Both the position numbers and the translations under genes were made by a program. DNA of 64,000 nucleotides from the IMG/VR virus record IMGVR_UViG_3300025120_014716. The stretch is one strand, 5' to 3'. The notes beneath the pieces were generated by a model. The model did not search any database. It had not been told where the DNA came from and worked only from the letters and a program-made list of their open reading frames with translations. The stretch is from an uncultured virus (IMG/VR IMGVR_UViG_3300025120_014716) (lineage: Duplodnaviria > Heunggongvirae > Uroviricota > Caudoviricetes). Numbering within the stretch: position 1 is the stretch's first letter; each line of letters starts with the position of its first letter. Shown here piece by piece: positions 11,113 to 21,593 of the stretch.

Positions 11113-11149
11113 AAATGGCATTCAAAATATGGATGCCATTTATTTTTTT
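11113..11149 (+). terminator. Probable intrinsic terminator after the tube gene
   Basis: AAATGGCATTCA-5nt-TGGATGCCATTT followed by a T-rich tract. Confidence 0.65.
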
Positions 11150-11174
11150 ATAGCAAATAGTAAAATAGAACAAG

Positions 11175-11585
11175 ATGGATTTAGGAATTGAAAGATCAAC
11201 AAAATTAAAGATCAAAAAAAACAGTTATGAGGTTAACTTTCCAACAGTAGGTGAGTTAATTCAAATAGAAAGTTTGAAAATTACACTGTCAAACGGAAAG
11301 TATGGAGACATGCTACAGTCAAATATGGTTAGTATGCTAAGAGCACTGGACTATATTGATATGATAGCTTACTTTTCAACTCTTTGCCCAAACATATTAA
11401 AGGATGCAAAGGTTGACTTAACAAAAATAGATGCAATAGATGCAATAGAATTATTGTCTGTGTATAAGGATCAGTTTATTCCTTTTTGGAAAAAATATGA
11501 GAACCTGGCACAGGGAAACTTTGAGGAGGAAGAGGTGGAACCTGAAACAGTCAAAGCTAAAAGTAAAAAAATTAGTAAGGTATAG
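11175..11585 (+). CDS. Tail assembly chaperone
   Basis: Position between tube and tape measure; size. Confidence 0.6.
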   Translation: MDLGIERSTKLKIKKNSYEVNFPTVGELIQIESLKITLSNGKYGDMLQSNMVSMLRALDYIDMIAYFSTLCPNILKDAKVDLTKIDAIDAIELLSVYKDQFIPFWKKYENLAQGNFEEEEVEPETVKAKSKKISKV

Positions 11586-11596
11586 AGATCGTAAAT

Positions 11597-11944
11597 ATGA
11601 CAAAGGGAAACTTCTTAGATGTAATAAAGAAGTGGAATCTTGATCATCCTTATGATCATGCCTGGAGAGAAAGGCATAAGGTTTCTTTATTTTCACCAGA
11701 GCACAGAAAAATGTGTCCTGTGGATATGGTCCTGGAGATTGAAGAGTTCAAATTTTTTGCAGAACTTCAGAAAGATCTGGAAAAAGAAAAAGAGGACTTG
11801 GATAACCACTTTGTAAAAACAATATCAGACAATCCAGGGATTGATGATAAGTATGTGCCTGGTGGTGGAAACTTTTTATCTGATTCAGAGGATAGTTTAT
11901 CAAGTGAGGAGTTTGATGATTTGTTTGACAACATAAAGGTTTAA
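11597..11944 (+). CDS. Second tail assembly chaperone-like protein
   Basis: Position directly before the tape measure gene; acidic C-terminus. Confidence 0.5.
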   Translation: MTKGNFLDVIKKWNLDHPYDHAWRERHKVSLFSPEHRKMCPVDMVLEIEEFKFFAELQKDLEKEKEDLDNHFVKTISDNPGIDDKYVPGGGNFLSDSEDSLSSEEFDDLFDNIKV

Positions 11945-11945
11945 T

Positions 11946-13733
11946 ATGTCTACAGTAGAAAGGAAAATAAAAGTTAGTGCTGAGGGAAACGGTGTAAGAA
12001 GTGAGTTCTCAAGAGTAAGGTCAGATGCCAAAGAGTTGGCAAGAGACATGATCAGAGATGCCCAGGAGTACTCAGCAAACTCAAAGGAACTTATAAGAAA
12101 CTTAAATGAGCAGGTCTCAGCACTTGAAAGGAGAAACAGGCTTGAAAGAGAAGGTGCCCAAATTGCAGCAGAAAGAAAGCTAAGTACTGCCTCCACAGAG
12201 GAGGGAAAGGAATCTGCAAAAGGTGAACTTAGGGATATAGCCTCAGCAGATAAGGAAAACAAACAGCAGGTTGATCTTCTAAAAGACATATACCTTGCAA
12301 TACTTCAGTCTTCAAGAGAAGAGATTGGAGCCAATAAAGAAAATGTTCAAGAAAATTTATCGAGGTTACAGGGTATAGTAGGTACTAAGGATGATGGCAG
12401 AGATGCATTTGAGGTCCTTAGTTCATCTTATCAAAACGAACAACTGTCAGGTAGAGATGTTGATGGATCAGGTGGTGGAGGTTTCATGAGGGATGCTATG
12501 TCTTCTTTTAAAGAGGACAATTTTGTAAGAATGGGTGCAGACTTTGGTGGAAAGCAGGCAGCAAAGCAAGCAGCCAGAGCCAGAGCAAGGGGTGCAGCTA
12601 AACTCGCAAAGGGTATGACCATTGCAGGTATTATTGCAGGTCTTGTATCCATGGTTGCTGATCCTGCAAGAGATGAAAACTTGGGAAACTTATCCAGATT
12701 AACAGGATCACCAGTTGAGAATGTAAAGGGGAGAAAGGGTATAAACGCAAGGTTGGGTCAGTCAGGAGCAGGTAACATGGCTCTTAGTGGGTTTGATGTT
12801 AGTCTTGATGAGGCAATTGAGCAAATGCTACTTCCTGCAATTAGGGAAGGTGGTTCCAGGTATCTTAATAAACAAGGAATAAATGATGCAGTAGCCATTG
12901 ACAGAGGACTGGGTATGGAGGGTGCCACATTTGCAGGTTTTGGTAGAATGCAAGGTGGTGGTGGTATGATTGAAATTGCTGACCAACTATTCAAGGGAGG
13001 TAGAGCAGCAGGGACCGAAGAGGCATTCATGTCAGAATTTATTGAACTTCAAAAAACACTTGCACAAAAACAATTTCAAGTATTAGGGAGTATTGATACT
13101 GGAGTAAATACCAAAATTGTACAGCAAATAGCAGCCTCAGACAAAGCGTTTTCAGATCCAAGAATCCTGGGTCAAATAGTACAGTCAGTTGATCAGGCAA
13201 TGAGGCAGTCAACAACTCAAGAGTCAGAGGCATTTTCTATGTTAAACCTTAGACAGTTGTTTCCAGATATGTCACCACTGGAACTTTTGAAAGAAAAAGA
13301 AAAAGGTCTGGCAGCAGGTGATGGAGAACTTTATGAGAAGACTATAAATAAGGTAAAAGGAATGGGTGGTGGTAGACTTAACCAGGTTAGGAGCATCCAG
13401 TCATTATTTGGAATAGAGAGTGTTACAATGGCAGAAAAGCTACTAAACAATGAAATGTCTCCACAAGAGGCTGAGAATGAAGTTAATAGGCAAATGGGAT
13501 CTGATGCAAAAAACAGGGCAAAGAGTGCTGACTTTGGTTTAAATGAATTAAAAAGACAAAACGCAAATGTTTCTGAAGGTATGAAGGATTTGGGGAAAAA
13601 TATAAGTGACCTTATTACAACAATGAAAGATTTTGGTGAAACTATGTCAACTATTAAGATACCAGACTGGTTAAAAACAGGACTATCTGCAGCAGGAGGG
13701 GCAGGACCTCTTTTTCCATATGTACCATTTTAA
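11946..13733 (+). CDS. Tape measure protein
   Basis: Ala/Gly-rich helical sequence with a hydrophobic segment; canonical position. Confidence 0.75.
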   Translation: MSTVERKIKVSAEGNGVRSEFSRVRSDAKELARDMIRDAQEYSANSKELIRNLNEQVSALERRNRLEREGAQIAAERKLSTASTEEGKESAKGELRDIASADKENKQQVDLLKDIYLAILQSSREEIGANKENVQENLSRLQGIVGTKDDGRDAFEVLSSSYQNEQLSGRDVDGSGGGGFMRDAMSSFKEDNFVRMGADFGGKQAAKQAARARARGAAKLAKGMTIAGIIAGLVSMVADPARDENLGNLSRLTGSPVENVKGRKGINARLGQSGAGNMALSGFDVSLDEAIEQMLLPAIREGGSRYLNKQGINDAVAIDRGLGMEGATFAGFGRMQGGGGMIEIADQLFKGGRAAGTEEAFMSEFIELQKTLAQKQFQVLGSIDTGVNTKIVQQIAASDKAFSDPRILGQIVQSVDQAMRQSTTQESEAFSMLNLRQLFPDMSPLELLKEKEKGLAAGDGELYEKTINKVKGMGGGRLNQVRSIQSLFGIESVTMAEKLLNNEMSPQEAENEVNRQMGSDAKNRAKSADFGLNELKRQNANVSEGMKDLGKNISDLITTMKDFGETMSTIKIPDWLKTGLSAAGGAGPLFPYVPF

Positions 13734-13758
13734 AAATATAATAAAATAAAAAAAATAA

Positions 13759-16587
13759 ATGCCAGACTTAACAAGTAAATATGTTCTTTATGTTCACTAT
13801 GAATCTGATTTAAAAACGGTATCTGAGTTCCTTGATGGTCCAAAAGCCATAACTGGAATGCCAGAAAGTGATTTTTTAAAGTACACTCCTACAGATTTGG
13901 AGAGAAGGAGAACAGAGGGAGATAGGAATGTCACTGTAACCGTTAACAGTCAGACTGGAACTGTTACAGTTCCTGGCAGGGAAAACAATGCCAAAGATTT
14001 TGAGCAGTGTAATCTGGAAAGAATATACAGCATGTATGACTCAGATGAAAGGAGAGAGTACAAGAATGAGTTTGGTGATGCCATGGTTATCATTCTAAAT
14101 GGATTTGCTACTGAGGTTAAATGGTCAGGTCCCTTAAAGGTAAACACTGTATTGGCAGTTCCAAGCGAAAAGCTAAGAAGAGAAATTGTTGCAATGAAAG
14201 GTAAGAATACTGTTTCTCAGGAAAGGAGCACAACTGCCTTTGTTGGTAATCAACTATCCTCTCTGTTAAGAGATCCAGGTTACCAAAAGTATTCAGATCC
14301 AAATAGAGGGGCAGTAAAAAAAGAACATCCAACAATTTCAGTATGGATCTGGCTAAGGGCAATGTCAGATGGACCTCTGGACCAGGACCTGGAGGGAACT
14401 ATACTTGACATATCAAAATTTGTAGAGACATGTCAAACCAGTGTGGGACCTACAGGTGGTACTTTTACAATAACACTTCCTCCAATAATGACAAATTATA
14501 ATGGAGATATGTGGGGTGTTGATGAGGATTCAATTATTAGAAAGCCAAATGGTAATTATGTAAGTAAGGGGTCCTTAAATAAAGTTGAAAGGGGAGAGTT
14601 GAGGAGAAACTCATTCTTTTTTCATACAGCAATAAACAGCAATGATGTGGTCTGGATTAGGATGGAAACACTTGATTCAGAAATTGACTCCAGGTCTCAG
14701 GAGGCTGCAAGAGGGTCAGATATTGTATCTCCATATGAGTTACCAGGAAATGTTTACGACATGATAGGGTTGGTTGATAATTGTTCTCAGGTTTCAAATT
14801 TTGAGGCTACAGATGTTTTGACCACAATTAATGGAAGAGATTTATCAAAACTTATCATTGATGATGGTGCATACTTACAGCCTTTGTTATTCTTTAAAGA
14901 AAACTTTTTAGGAGAAGAGGGTCAGATAATTCAAAGAAATGCATTCAATGGTGCCTATGCTGACCTTTCTTTTGCCAGGTACAATACTATAGAGGATGCA
15001 CTTACTTTTTTAATAAATGTTGTATCAAATATAGAAGTAACTCCAGATAAATTATTTTCTGCAGGGTATGGATCAGATGCCAGTTTAGGTTTGGGTGTCA
15101 CAAATACTACAGCTAAGGATAACCGTAAACCAGGTAACCTAAAAAAATTGGAGTTGAAGATTTATGGTCTCTTAGCTGAGGCAGGCATCCTCAGAGCAAT
15201 ACCAGTTATCCACAATGCTGCAACTCAGCTAAAAAACTTTAATAATATCATTGACTTTGCAACCGAAATAATTGACCTTGAGAAAAAATTTGTATCCTGG
15301 GACAGTTACAAGGTTAGAGGTGAACTAAGTAATCTTGCTGATCCTTCAAGAATAAATTCACAACCTCAAACCAAAGTAAGTTCAACTGGAATAAGGGTTG
15401 AAAGTACTACTAATTTTGAAATTTCAGGTTCTTCCCTTTTTATAAAAGGACTTACTAAAGCACAGAGGGAAACCTATCCACAGTCACCTTATCTTGCCAG
15501 GGCAATTTGTGCTGCAATAGACTATGTGACTTTACAAAAAACTACAGACCAGGTAGCAATCATAAAACCGAATCCAAAAGGTATATGGCAAATAGTAGAG
15601 TTGGTAATTGATGAAGGGGTAAGGCACAGGACAATTGCAGATTCAAGCATGTCTCAGCCAGATGGGTCCCTTATTAATCAGTTCTTTAAGTTCTGCCAGA
15701 AACCTTTTGTTGAGTTTTATACAGATACCTATGGAGATAAGTTTAATTTTATAGTGAGAGAGCCTCCATTTGACCAGGCTAAAATACGGGACTTTATTAA
15801 TACTGGTTTGTTGGGTCAGATGGTAATTGATGATGTGGATGTAATTAATGAAAATTTGTCATTTTCAACAGAGGCTTACAGTTGGTATGAAATAGATCCA
15901 CAGTCAGTAAATTTTGGAAATACAAACTCCTTATTTTCAAAAATTCCAATAGTGCTCTTTGAGGAGTATGCAAAAATATTTGGAAGTAATAAGTTCACAG
16001 TGGTTTCAAATTACATATCATGGATGGGCAGGATACATGAAAAAGAAGGGGATGATGCTAATTATCTACTGGAGCAAGTCCTACTGGACCTTAAATACTT
16101 AATTGACTCACATGCATACCTTCCTTTTACAAGAGAGGGAACTATTGTTATAAATGGTGACCGTAGGTTTAAAAGAGGCACCTGGATAAGGTACTTACCT
16201 ACAAGAGAAATTTTTTATGTAGACGAAGTAACAAATGACTTCATGCATACAGGGGCAACAATTGACAGGGTTACTATGTTAAAGGTAAGCAGGGGTATGG
16301 TTGAAAAATATGTAAGTGGAGAGGTTGAAATAGAAATAAGTGATGGTAGTATAGTCCCTCTTACATACTTTAACATAATTGATACAGATCTTATAATGGA
16401 GTTTGCAAGAGAACAACTGGCAATAGATGGAAAGAAAAAACCAACAATTAATCCAAAAACAGTAAATAAGGTAATTAAAGAAGTATTTAATTTTTTTATG
16501 AAAAGGCAACAATTTTCAGGAGTTGATCCAATGCAACCTTATATTGGACCAATAGAGGATGGGTCAAAGTTTAATAATTTTGTATAG
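13759..16587 (+). CDS. Baseplate hub (gp27/gpD-like) protein with insertions
   Basis: TTINGRDLSKL, KPFVEFYTD...FIVREPPFD, GTIVINGDRRFKRG...FYVDEVT; after tape measure. Confidence 0.7.
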   Translation: MPDLTSKYVLYVHYESDLKTVSEFLDGPKAITGMPESDFLKYTPTDLERRRTEGDRNVTVTVNSQTGTVTVPGRENNAKDFEQCNLERIYSMYDSDERREYKNEFGDAMVIILNGFATEVKWSGPLKVNTVLAVPSEKLRREIVAMKGKNTVSQERSTTAFVGNQLSSLLRDPGYQKYSDPNRGAVKKEHPTISVWIWLRAMSDGPLDQDLEGTILDISKFVETCQTSVGPTGGTFTITLPPIMTNYNGDMWGVDEDSIIRKPNGNYVSKGSLNKVERGELRRNSFFFHTAINSNDVVWIRMETLDSEIDSRSQEAARGSDIVSPYELPGNVYDMIGLVDNCSQVSNFEATDVLTTINGRDLSKLIIDDGAYLQPLLFFKENFLGEEGQIIQRNAFNGAYADLSFARYNTIEDALTFLINVVSNIEVTPDKLFSAGYGSDASLGLGVTNTTAKDNRKPGNLKKLELKIYGLLAEAGILRAIPVIHNAATQLKNFNNIIDFATEIIDLEKKFVSWDSYKVRGELSNLADPSRINSQPQTKVSSTGIRVESTTNFEISGSSLFIKGLTKAQRETYPQSPYLARAICAAIDYVTLQKTTDQVAIIKPNPKGIWQIVELVIDEGVRHRTIADSSMSQPDGSLINQFFKFCQKPFVEFYTDTYGDKFNFIVREPPFDQAKIRDFINTGLLGQMVIDDVDVINENLSFSTEAYSWYEIDPQSVNFGNTNSLFSKIPIVLFEEYAKIFGSNKFTVVSNYISWMGRIHEKEGDDANYLLEQVLLDLKYLIDSHAYLPFTREGTIVINGDRRFKRGTWIRYLPTREIFYVDEVTNDFMHTGATIDRVTMLKVSRGMVEKYVSGEVEIEISDGSIVPLTYFNIIDTDLIMEFAREQLAIDGKKKPTINPKTVNKVIKEVFNFFMKRQQFSGVDPMQPYIGPIEDGSKFNNFV

Positions 16588-17493
16588 ATGAAAGATAATT
16601 ATTATAAGTTTAGTACAGATCCAGGGACTTTCCCACAGAAAAGAGTTGGTATATCTAATACCAGGTACTATTGTGGAACTGGAAGGGTTATAATTCCATC
16701 AAATGTTGAGGATCGAGATGCATTTGTAGAGTCATGTTATAGAACAACCTCTGTAAGTATAATGGGGAGAGGAAACCTGGACATAATGCATAATGTAGAT
16801 GTTGACTCAGAGGTTATGGAAAGACTTAAATTTCCAGAAACTTCAGATACTTTAGGGTCATCAGTTTTTTGGGTAAATGTTCCAGTTTACAATAAGGCAG
16901 TAATTGTTTCAAAGTTGAATAATCCAGAGGAAATTCCTCTCATATCAGAGAATGAGTTTTCTTTTATTAGAGAGGGTAAAAAAGGTGTGGTTTCAATAGT
17001 TGGAACTGGTAAAAGAGGTGAAATTTTAATAAACGTAACAGGATTTGAAAGGGAGTCTGGCAAGTTACTTATTAATGTTGGAAACGCATTGGATCAAGGA
17101 GAGTTTAAAGTGACCGTTAGTGGCTCATTTGACCTAAATGTATCAGATGCCATATCTACAAAGTCATTTGTATCAGACAGGAGGGTAGTTAAGGATGCTA
17201 TTGAAAATATAGAGACTTTCTCTGACATGACCTTTGAAACTATAGAGTCCAGGATTAAAGAGGGTACAAGTGGCTACAAAATAGAGGAGGAGAGTTTTGA
17301 GATGGGTGATGCTACAGTTACAGCTACAATAGCAGAGGAGACAGAGGCAATGTTTCATTCTATCCTGGATGAACTTGGGAAAACTACAGTTACAACTTCA
17401 ATAGGTCCAAGTCCATTGCTAAATGCAGCACAATTGCTTGCATTAAAAACAAACACAACAAAAATATTTAGTAAATACTTAAAAATACAATAA
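16588..17493 (+). CDS. Baseplate central spike-like protein
   Basis: Follows the hub; repetitive beta-strand C-terminal half. Confidence 0.55.
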   Translation: MKDNYYKFSTDPGTFPQKRVGISNTRYYCGTGRVIIPSNVEDRDAFVESCYRTTSVSIMGRGNLDIMHNVDVDSEVMERLKFPETSDTLGSSVFWVNVPVYNKAVIVSKLNNPEEIPLISENEFSFIREGKKGVVSIVGTGKRGEILINVTGFERESGKLLINVGNALDQGEFKVTVSGSFDLNVSDAISTKSFVSDRRVVKDAIENIETFSDMTFETIESRIKEGTSGYKIEEESFEMGDATVTATIAEETEAMFHSILDELGKTTVTTSIGPSPLLNAAQLLALKTNTTKIFSKYLKIQ

Positions 17494-17494
17494 C

Positions 17495-17746
17495 ATGCCA
17501 ATAATAAAAGCAGCAATAGCTGCACAAATAGAGGCTTTTATGGTAGAAACAACTGGATCTGACATAACAGATGAGTCTCAAAAGCAAATAAGTGACTTTG
17601 CAAATAATCTTGCAGGAGTTATTGAAACAGCAATAAAGTCAGCAACAGTTACTGTGACTCCAGGAATACCAGTTACAACTGCAGTTACTCCTGCATTTGT
17701 AGGATCAGGAGTAACAACTGGACCAGGGACTGGGACCTTAAGTTAA
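17495..17746 (+). CDS. Small baseplate/spike-associated protein
   Basis: Follows spike-like gene; Thr/Gly/Pro-rich C-terminus. Confidence 0.45.
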   Translation: MPIIKAAIAAQIEAFMVETTGSDITDESQKQISDFANNLAGVIETAIKSATVTVTPGIPVTTAVTPAFVGSGVTTGPGTGTLS

Positions 17747-17767
17747 AAATTATTAAATTTAGTAATT

Positions 17768-18259
17768 ATGAAAATTGAAATATTAAGGTTTGCAGACAAT
17801 GGTAATGCATCCATGAGTATAATGCAGATTGATGGGGTATCAAAGTGTTTTGGTATAGAAGATGAAGAGAGAAAAGAAAAGGTAATGAGTGAGACCAGAG
17901 TTCCTGAAGGAACTTACAAACTATCTCTGAGATCAGAGGGTGGTTACCATGCCAGAGAAACTGCAAGGTATAAGGATAAAAAGCCTGGATGGTATAAGGG
18001 TATGTTATGTGTTCACAACTCTCCAAATTGGAAGGTTGTAACTCCAAATATGTCTTTTCAGTATATATTAATTCATCCAGGAAATACAGAAAAACACACT
18101 GCAGGATGTTATCTGCCCAATACCTCAGCAAGTTTTGCAACCTATTCAGGAGGAGCAAGTAGGGTTGCATATGAAAAAATATATCCAGTTATTAGGGATG
18201 CCATACTATCTGGAGAGGAGGTGACAATTACATACAGGGACATAGAACCAATAATTTAA
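17768..18259 (+). CDS. DUF5675-like protein (L,D-transpeptidase-like; candidate lysin)
   Basis: TRVPEGTY and YILIHPGNT..HTAGC.LP motifs. Confidence 0.75.
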   Translation: MKIEILRFADNGNASMSIMQIDGVSKCFGIEDEERKEKVMSETRVPEGTYKLSLRSEGGYHARETARYKDKKPGWYKGMLCVHNSPNWKVVTPNMSFQYILIHPGNTEKHTAGCYLPNTSASFATYSGGASRVAYEKIYPVIRDAILSGEEVTITYRDIEPII

Positions 18260-18265
18260 AATAAG

Positions 18266-19108
18266 ATGACCAAAGAGGAGGCAAATAGAAGGTATAGAAA
18301 CTTTATTGATAACATAGGTAGGGAGGCTCTTGGAGCATTATTTCCAAAGGACTTTGAGGTTTACATGATGGGTTTGGAGTTAGTTGATTCTGATGGTGAT
18401 ACTGTAGATTATTTTTTATTTCCTGTTATGCCTCAAAATATATCCAAGTCAGAGCCAGAACTTACAAACATAAAGAAAACTGCAGGTGGTATTTCAATAC
18501 TTTCTACAAATAACTTTATACCTGAGACAGTATCAATAAATGGTGACTTTGGTAGAACATTTAAGGTCCTTATAGGAAGTGCATTGGTAGACTTTAAGGC
18601 ACTGGGTATAAAGTTACTTAAAAATTCCAAAGGTATTACAGCAGGAACGGTTGCAAGGGCATTAATTCCTTTCAGTAGGTCAGTAAAAACTGGTTATGGC
18701 TGCACAAAAATAATGCAGGGTATTTTAAAAAAGTCAGTAACTGTAGATTATAAGGGTCAACCACATAGGCTTTACTTTCATAATCCAACACTTGGAGAGG
18801 CACACTTAGTTGAGAAGGAAAGTTTTTCTTTGACTATGGATGAAGGTAGTAGCAATAGGGTTTGGCAGTATAGCCTTAGCTTAACAACAATTGCTACAAT
18901 TGGAGATGTCAGACCAAAAAAGAGAATAAGTTCACTTCAGACAATGCTTGTCCTATCAAAGTTACAGCAGGGAGCAAACATCTTTGCCAAAGGAGCAAAA
19001 GTGGCTATAAGTGAAAATAGTGCAAAAAATATAAATACTCTTGCCTCCAAGACCAGGGATTTTTTCAAGGATACAGTAAACTCAGTAACATCATTTAGAA
19101 TTTCATAG
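18266..19108 (+). CDS. Baseplate/tail tube initiator-like protein
   Basis: FPVMPQNISKSE...KTAGG...VSINGDFG; within the baseplate cluster. Confidence 0.55.
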   Translation: MTKEEANRRYRNFIDNIGREALGALFPKDFEVYMMGLELVDSDGDTVDYFLFPVMPQNISKSEPELTNIKKTAGGISILSTNNFIPETVSINGDFGRTFKVLIGSALVDFKALGIKLLKNSKGITAGTVARALIPFSRSVKTGYGCTKIMQGILKKSVTVDYKGQPHRLYFHNPTLGEAHLVEKESFSLTMDEGSSNRVWQYSLSLTTIATIGDVRPKKRISSLQTMLVLSKLQQGANIFAKGAKVAISENSAKNINTLASKTRDFFKDTVNSVTSFRIS

Positions 19109-19110
19109 CC

Positions 19111-20037
19111 ATGGTTGATAGCAATTTATTAGAAAAGTTTAAAGACATAACAAGGTATGATTTGGAAAAATACCTCCTGGCATATGACATATTTATTTCA
19201 GATAATTTAAGTCCCATAATAGGGTACTACTCTGGAACTTCACCAATGGTGCCTTCATCTCAATTAAAGTTTTTAAACAATTTGATAAATGAGTCCCAGG
19301 TTCTTGATCAGGTTATAAATTCAAACAGAAATGGTTTTAAAACCAATGACTTTTGGGACCTACTTGAACTGGTTGATAATATAAAATTAACACTTGTAAC
19401 AATTTTAAATACTCCAAAGTGGTCCAGGAGTTCAACAACAAATGGTCATGCTATCTCAAAAGTTGAAACTGATGTAATTCTTAAACAAAGGCAAACCATT
19501 GAAATGATGACAGGATCAACTTTAGGGTTTGCAGATGAGCATCAAAGTTGGTATGACATAGCAATAAGGAATGACTTAAGGGAGGAGGCATATACTCCTG
19601 AAGGAGGCACAAAGCTAAATGTAACTACTTCAAACTCCCAGTCCTTTGAGGTTAACTCAGTGGTTGACATACTGAGTAGAGAGACAATTAAGGGTAAGGA
19701 TGTTTTAAAAAAAATAACCTGGGATGACAATGATCTTAAAGTTTTGTCTGGTGATGATGCATTCATGCAGACAGTAAATATCCTGGTAAATTTAAAAAAA
19801 GGAGACAATCCTGAATTTATTGAGGATGGACTTAACAAAAACTTGGCTGCAGGTCAAAATATAAATTCTGTATCTTATCCTATTTTAATAAGACAATTAA
19901 CTGAGATTTTTAATGGTGATGATACTATTTCAGACTGGAATCTAACTTCAATAGAAAAGGTCCAGGATGGAGTGTTTGTTGAGTTGGAAATCACCTCAAA
20001 AAGTGGTGAGTTATTTAATTTAGATACGGTGTTTTAA
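19111..20037 (+). CDS. Baseplate wedge/sheath initiator (gp25-like C-terminus)
   Basis: W.DIAIRNDL segment, then DL.VLSG...Q.....L..KKG..PE...G; upstream of baseplate J. Confidence 0.55.
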   Translation: MVDSNLLEKFKDITRYDLEKYLLAYDIFISDNLSPIIGYYSGTSPMVPSSQLKFLNNLINESQVLDQVINSNRNGFKTNDFWDLLELVDNIKLTLVTILNTPKWSRSSTTNGHAISKVETDVILKQRQTIEMMTGSTLGFADEHQSWYDIAIRNDLREEAYTPEGGTKLNVTTSNSQSFEVNSVVDILSRETIKGKDVLKKITWDDNDLKVLSGDDAFMQTVNILVNLKKGDNPEFIEDGLNKNLAAGQNINSVSYPILIRQLTEIFNGDDTISDWNLTSIEKVQDGVFVELEITSKSGELFNLDTVF

Positions 20038-20073
20038 TCTTGTAATTGGATTATTTTTCATATATTTAGTCTT

Positions 20074-21273
20074 ATGAATGTAAGACTGTCAACTATAAGT
20101 GAACTTAAACAAATTGCAGCAGAGACTATACTTAACAACACAACCAAAGTAAATAAGATCTCTGACAATAGCGTATTGAGTGGAATAACCTTTGCTATGG
20201 CAAAGATTGGTCAGAAAGCAATAAAAGACATTGCCTTGGTTGAGGCACATATTTTAGTTGATTCTGCATATGGCATACAGTTAGATCAAATTGCACAATC
20301 AAGAGGGGTGTCAGCCAGGTTTGGTTCATCTCAGAGTTCAACTTTTGTGAGAGTGGTTGGTCTTCCTGGTACAACATATACTGCAGGACTAAATACTTTT
20401 ACAGGAAGGGATGGAATAGTATTTGACATAGAGTCTACAGTGGTGATTGGTGTAAACGGGTATGCATATGTTAAAATTAGAAGTCAGACCAGTGGATCAA
20501 ATACAAACGTAGATCCATTATCTATTGACTCAGTTTCTCCAACTCCAACAGGTCACAGCTATACTGTTAATGAGTATGGGTGTTTTGGTGGTAGGGACAA
20601 TGAGGCTGATGATACCTTCAAGAAAAGAATAAAAGAGGGGTCCAATTTAGCAGCTACAGGTACAATTTCAAAATTAACTCAAGTATTTGGTAAGATAAAC
20701 AATAATGTTCTTAGAGTTTTTTACCAGGGAACCAATGCACACAGCCAGGTTGTTTTGGCAATAGCAACTCAAAACGGAATAGGACTAACAACCTCAGAGT
20801 TAAACGACATTGAAACCAGAGCATCCAAATATCTATCAATTTCAGATCTTAAACCATACGGTACAACATCCTCTCTTATTGAGTTGAGAAACATGGACTT
20901 TCAACCTATAGATATTACTTTTAGGGTTGAGTTACTTCCATCATTTAATCCAGATGACATAAGAAAAGAAATTCAGATCAGATTTAGTAAATATCTTGAT
21001 TTTAGATTCTGGACTGCAGACAAAAAAGTTGAGTGGGATGAATTGCTATCAATAGCAAAAAATACAACAGGTGTCAAAGCAGTTCCAGATACAAAGTTTA
21101 TTCCAGGGAAAGATGTTATAATTGCCAAAAATAAACTTCCAAGAATTAGAAGTTTTCTTATGTTGGATCTATCTGGAAATGTAATAAGTAATGTAGCAGG
21201 ATCATTGAATCCAAACTTTTTTCCAAGTGATCCAGACTCATCATTTCAGCAAACAATATTAAAGACTATATAA
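20074..21273 (+). CDS. Baseplate J-like wedge protein
   Basis: AYGIQLDQIA..RGV..R, GSNTNV, GGRDNEADDTFKKRI. Confidence 0.85.
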   Translation: MNVRLSTISELKQIAAETILNNTTKVNKISDNSVLSGITFAMAKIGQKAIKDIALVEAHILVDSAYGIQLDQIAQSRGVSARFGSSQSSTFVRVVGLPGTTYTAGLNTFTGRDGIVFDIESTVVIGVNGYAYVKIRSQTSGSNTNVDPLSIDSVSPTPTGHSYTVNEYGCFGGRDNEADDTFKKRIKEGSNLAATGTISKLTQVFGKINNNVLRVFYQGTNAHSQVVLAIATQNGIGLTTSELNDIETRASKYLSISDLKPYGTTSSLIELRNMDFQPIDITFRVELLPSFNPDDIRKEIQIRFSKYLDFRFWTADKKVEWDELLSIAKNTTGVKAVPDTKFIPGKDVIIAKNKLPRIRSFLMLDLSGNVISNVAGSLNPNFFPSDPDSSFQQTILKTI

Positions 21274-21274
21274 T

Positions 21275-21580
21275 ATGGCAGTTGAGACTAAAATAATACC
21301 AACTTACACTACTTCATCAGTTACAGGATCTTTAATCACAATAACGACAACCTACATTGATGGTTCACTGTCCTCTGGTGTTATATTAGCCTTCATTTCA
21401 GAAAGCATTCAGACAGTTGAGACCGTTGGTTTTATAGAGGGAGAGGGTGGTATAAAACAAGATGCAACCTCAACAATGAACTTTTATTTAGACAGTGATG
21501 GAAACCTTATTGCAGATGGTCCAGGAGCATCAGGTTTTGCCATAGATAATTCAACAGGACAATTACAGTTTACTACTTGA
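21275..21580 (+). CDS. Hypothetical structural protein
   Basis: Clean ORF between baseplate J and the large fibre gene. Confidence 0.5.
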   Translation: MAVETKIIPTYTTSSVTGSLITITTTYIDGSLSSGVILAFISESIQTVETVGFIEGEGGIKQDATSTMNFYLDSDGNLIADGPGASGFAIDNSTGQLQFTT

Positions 21581-21593
21581 TAAAAATATAGAC

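Noticed and set aside
11560..11600. Programmed -1 frameshift joining the two tail chaperones at the A7 run
   Set aside because: The -1 frame has TAG/TAA stops at 11573-78, immediately after the run
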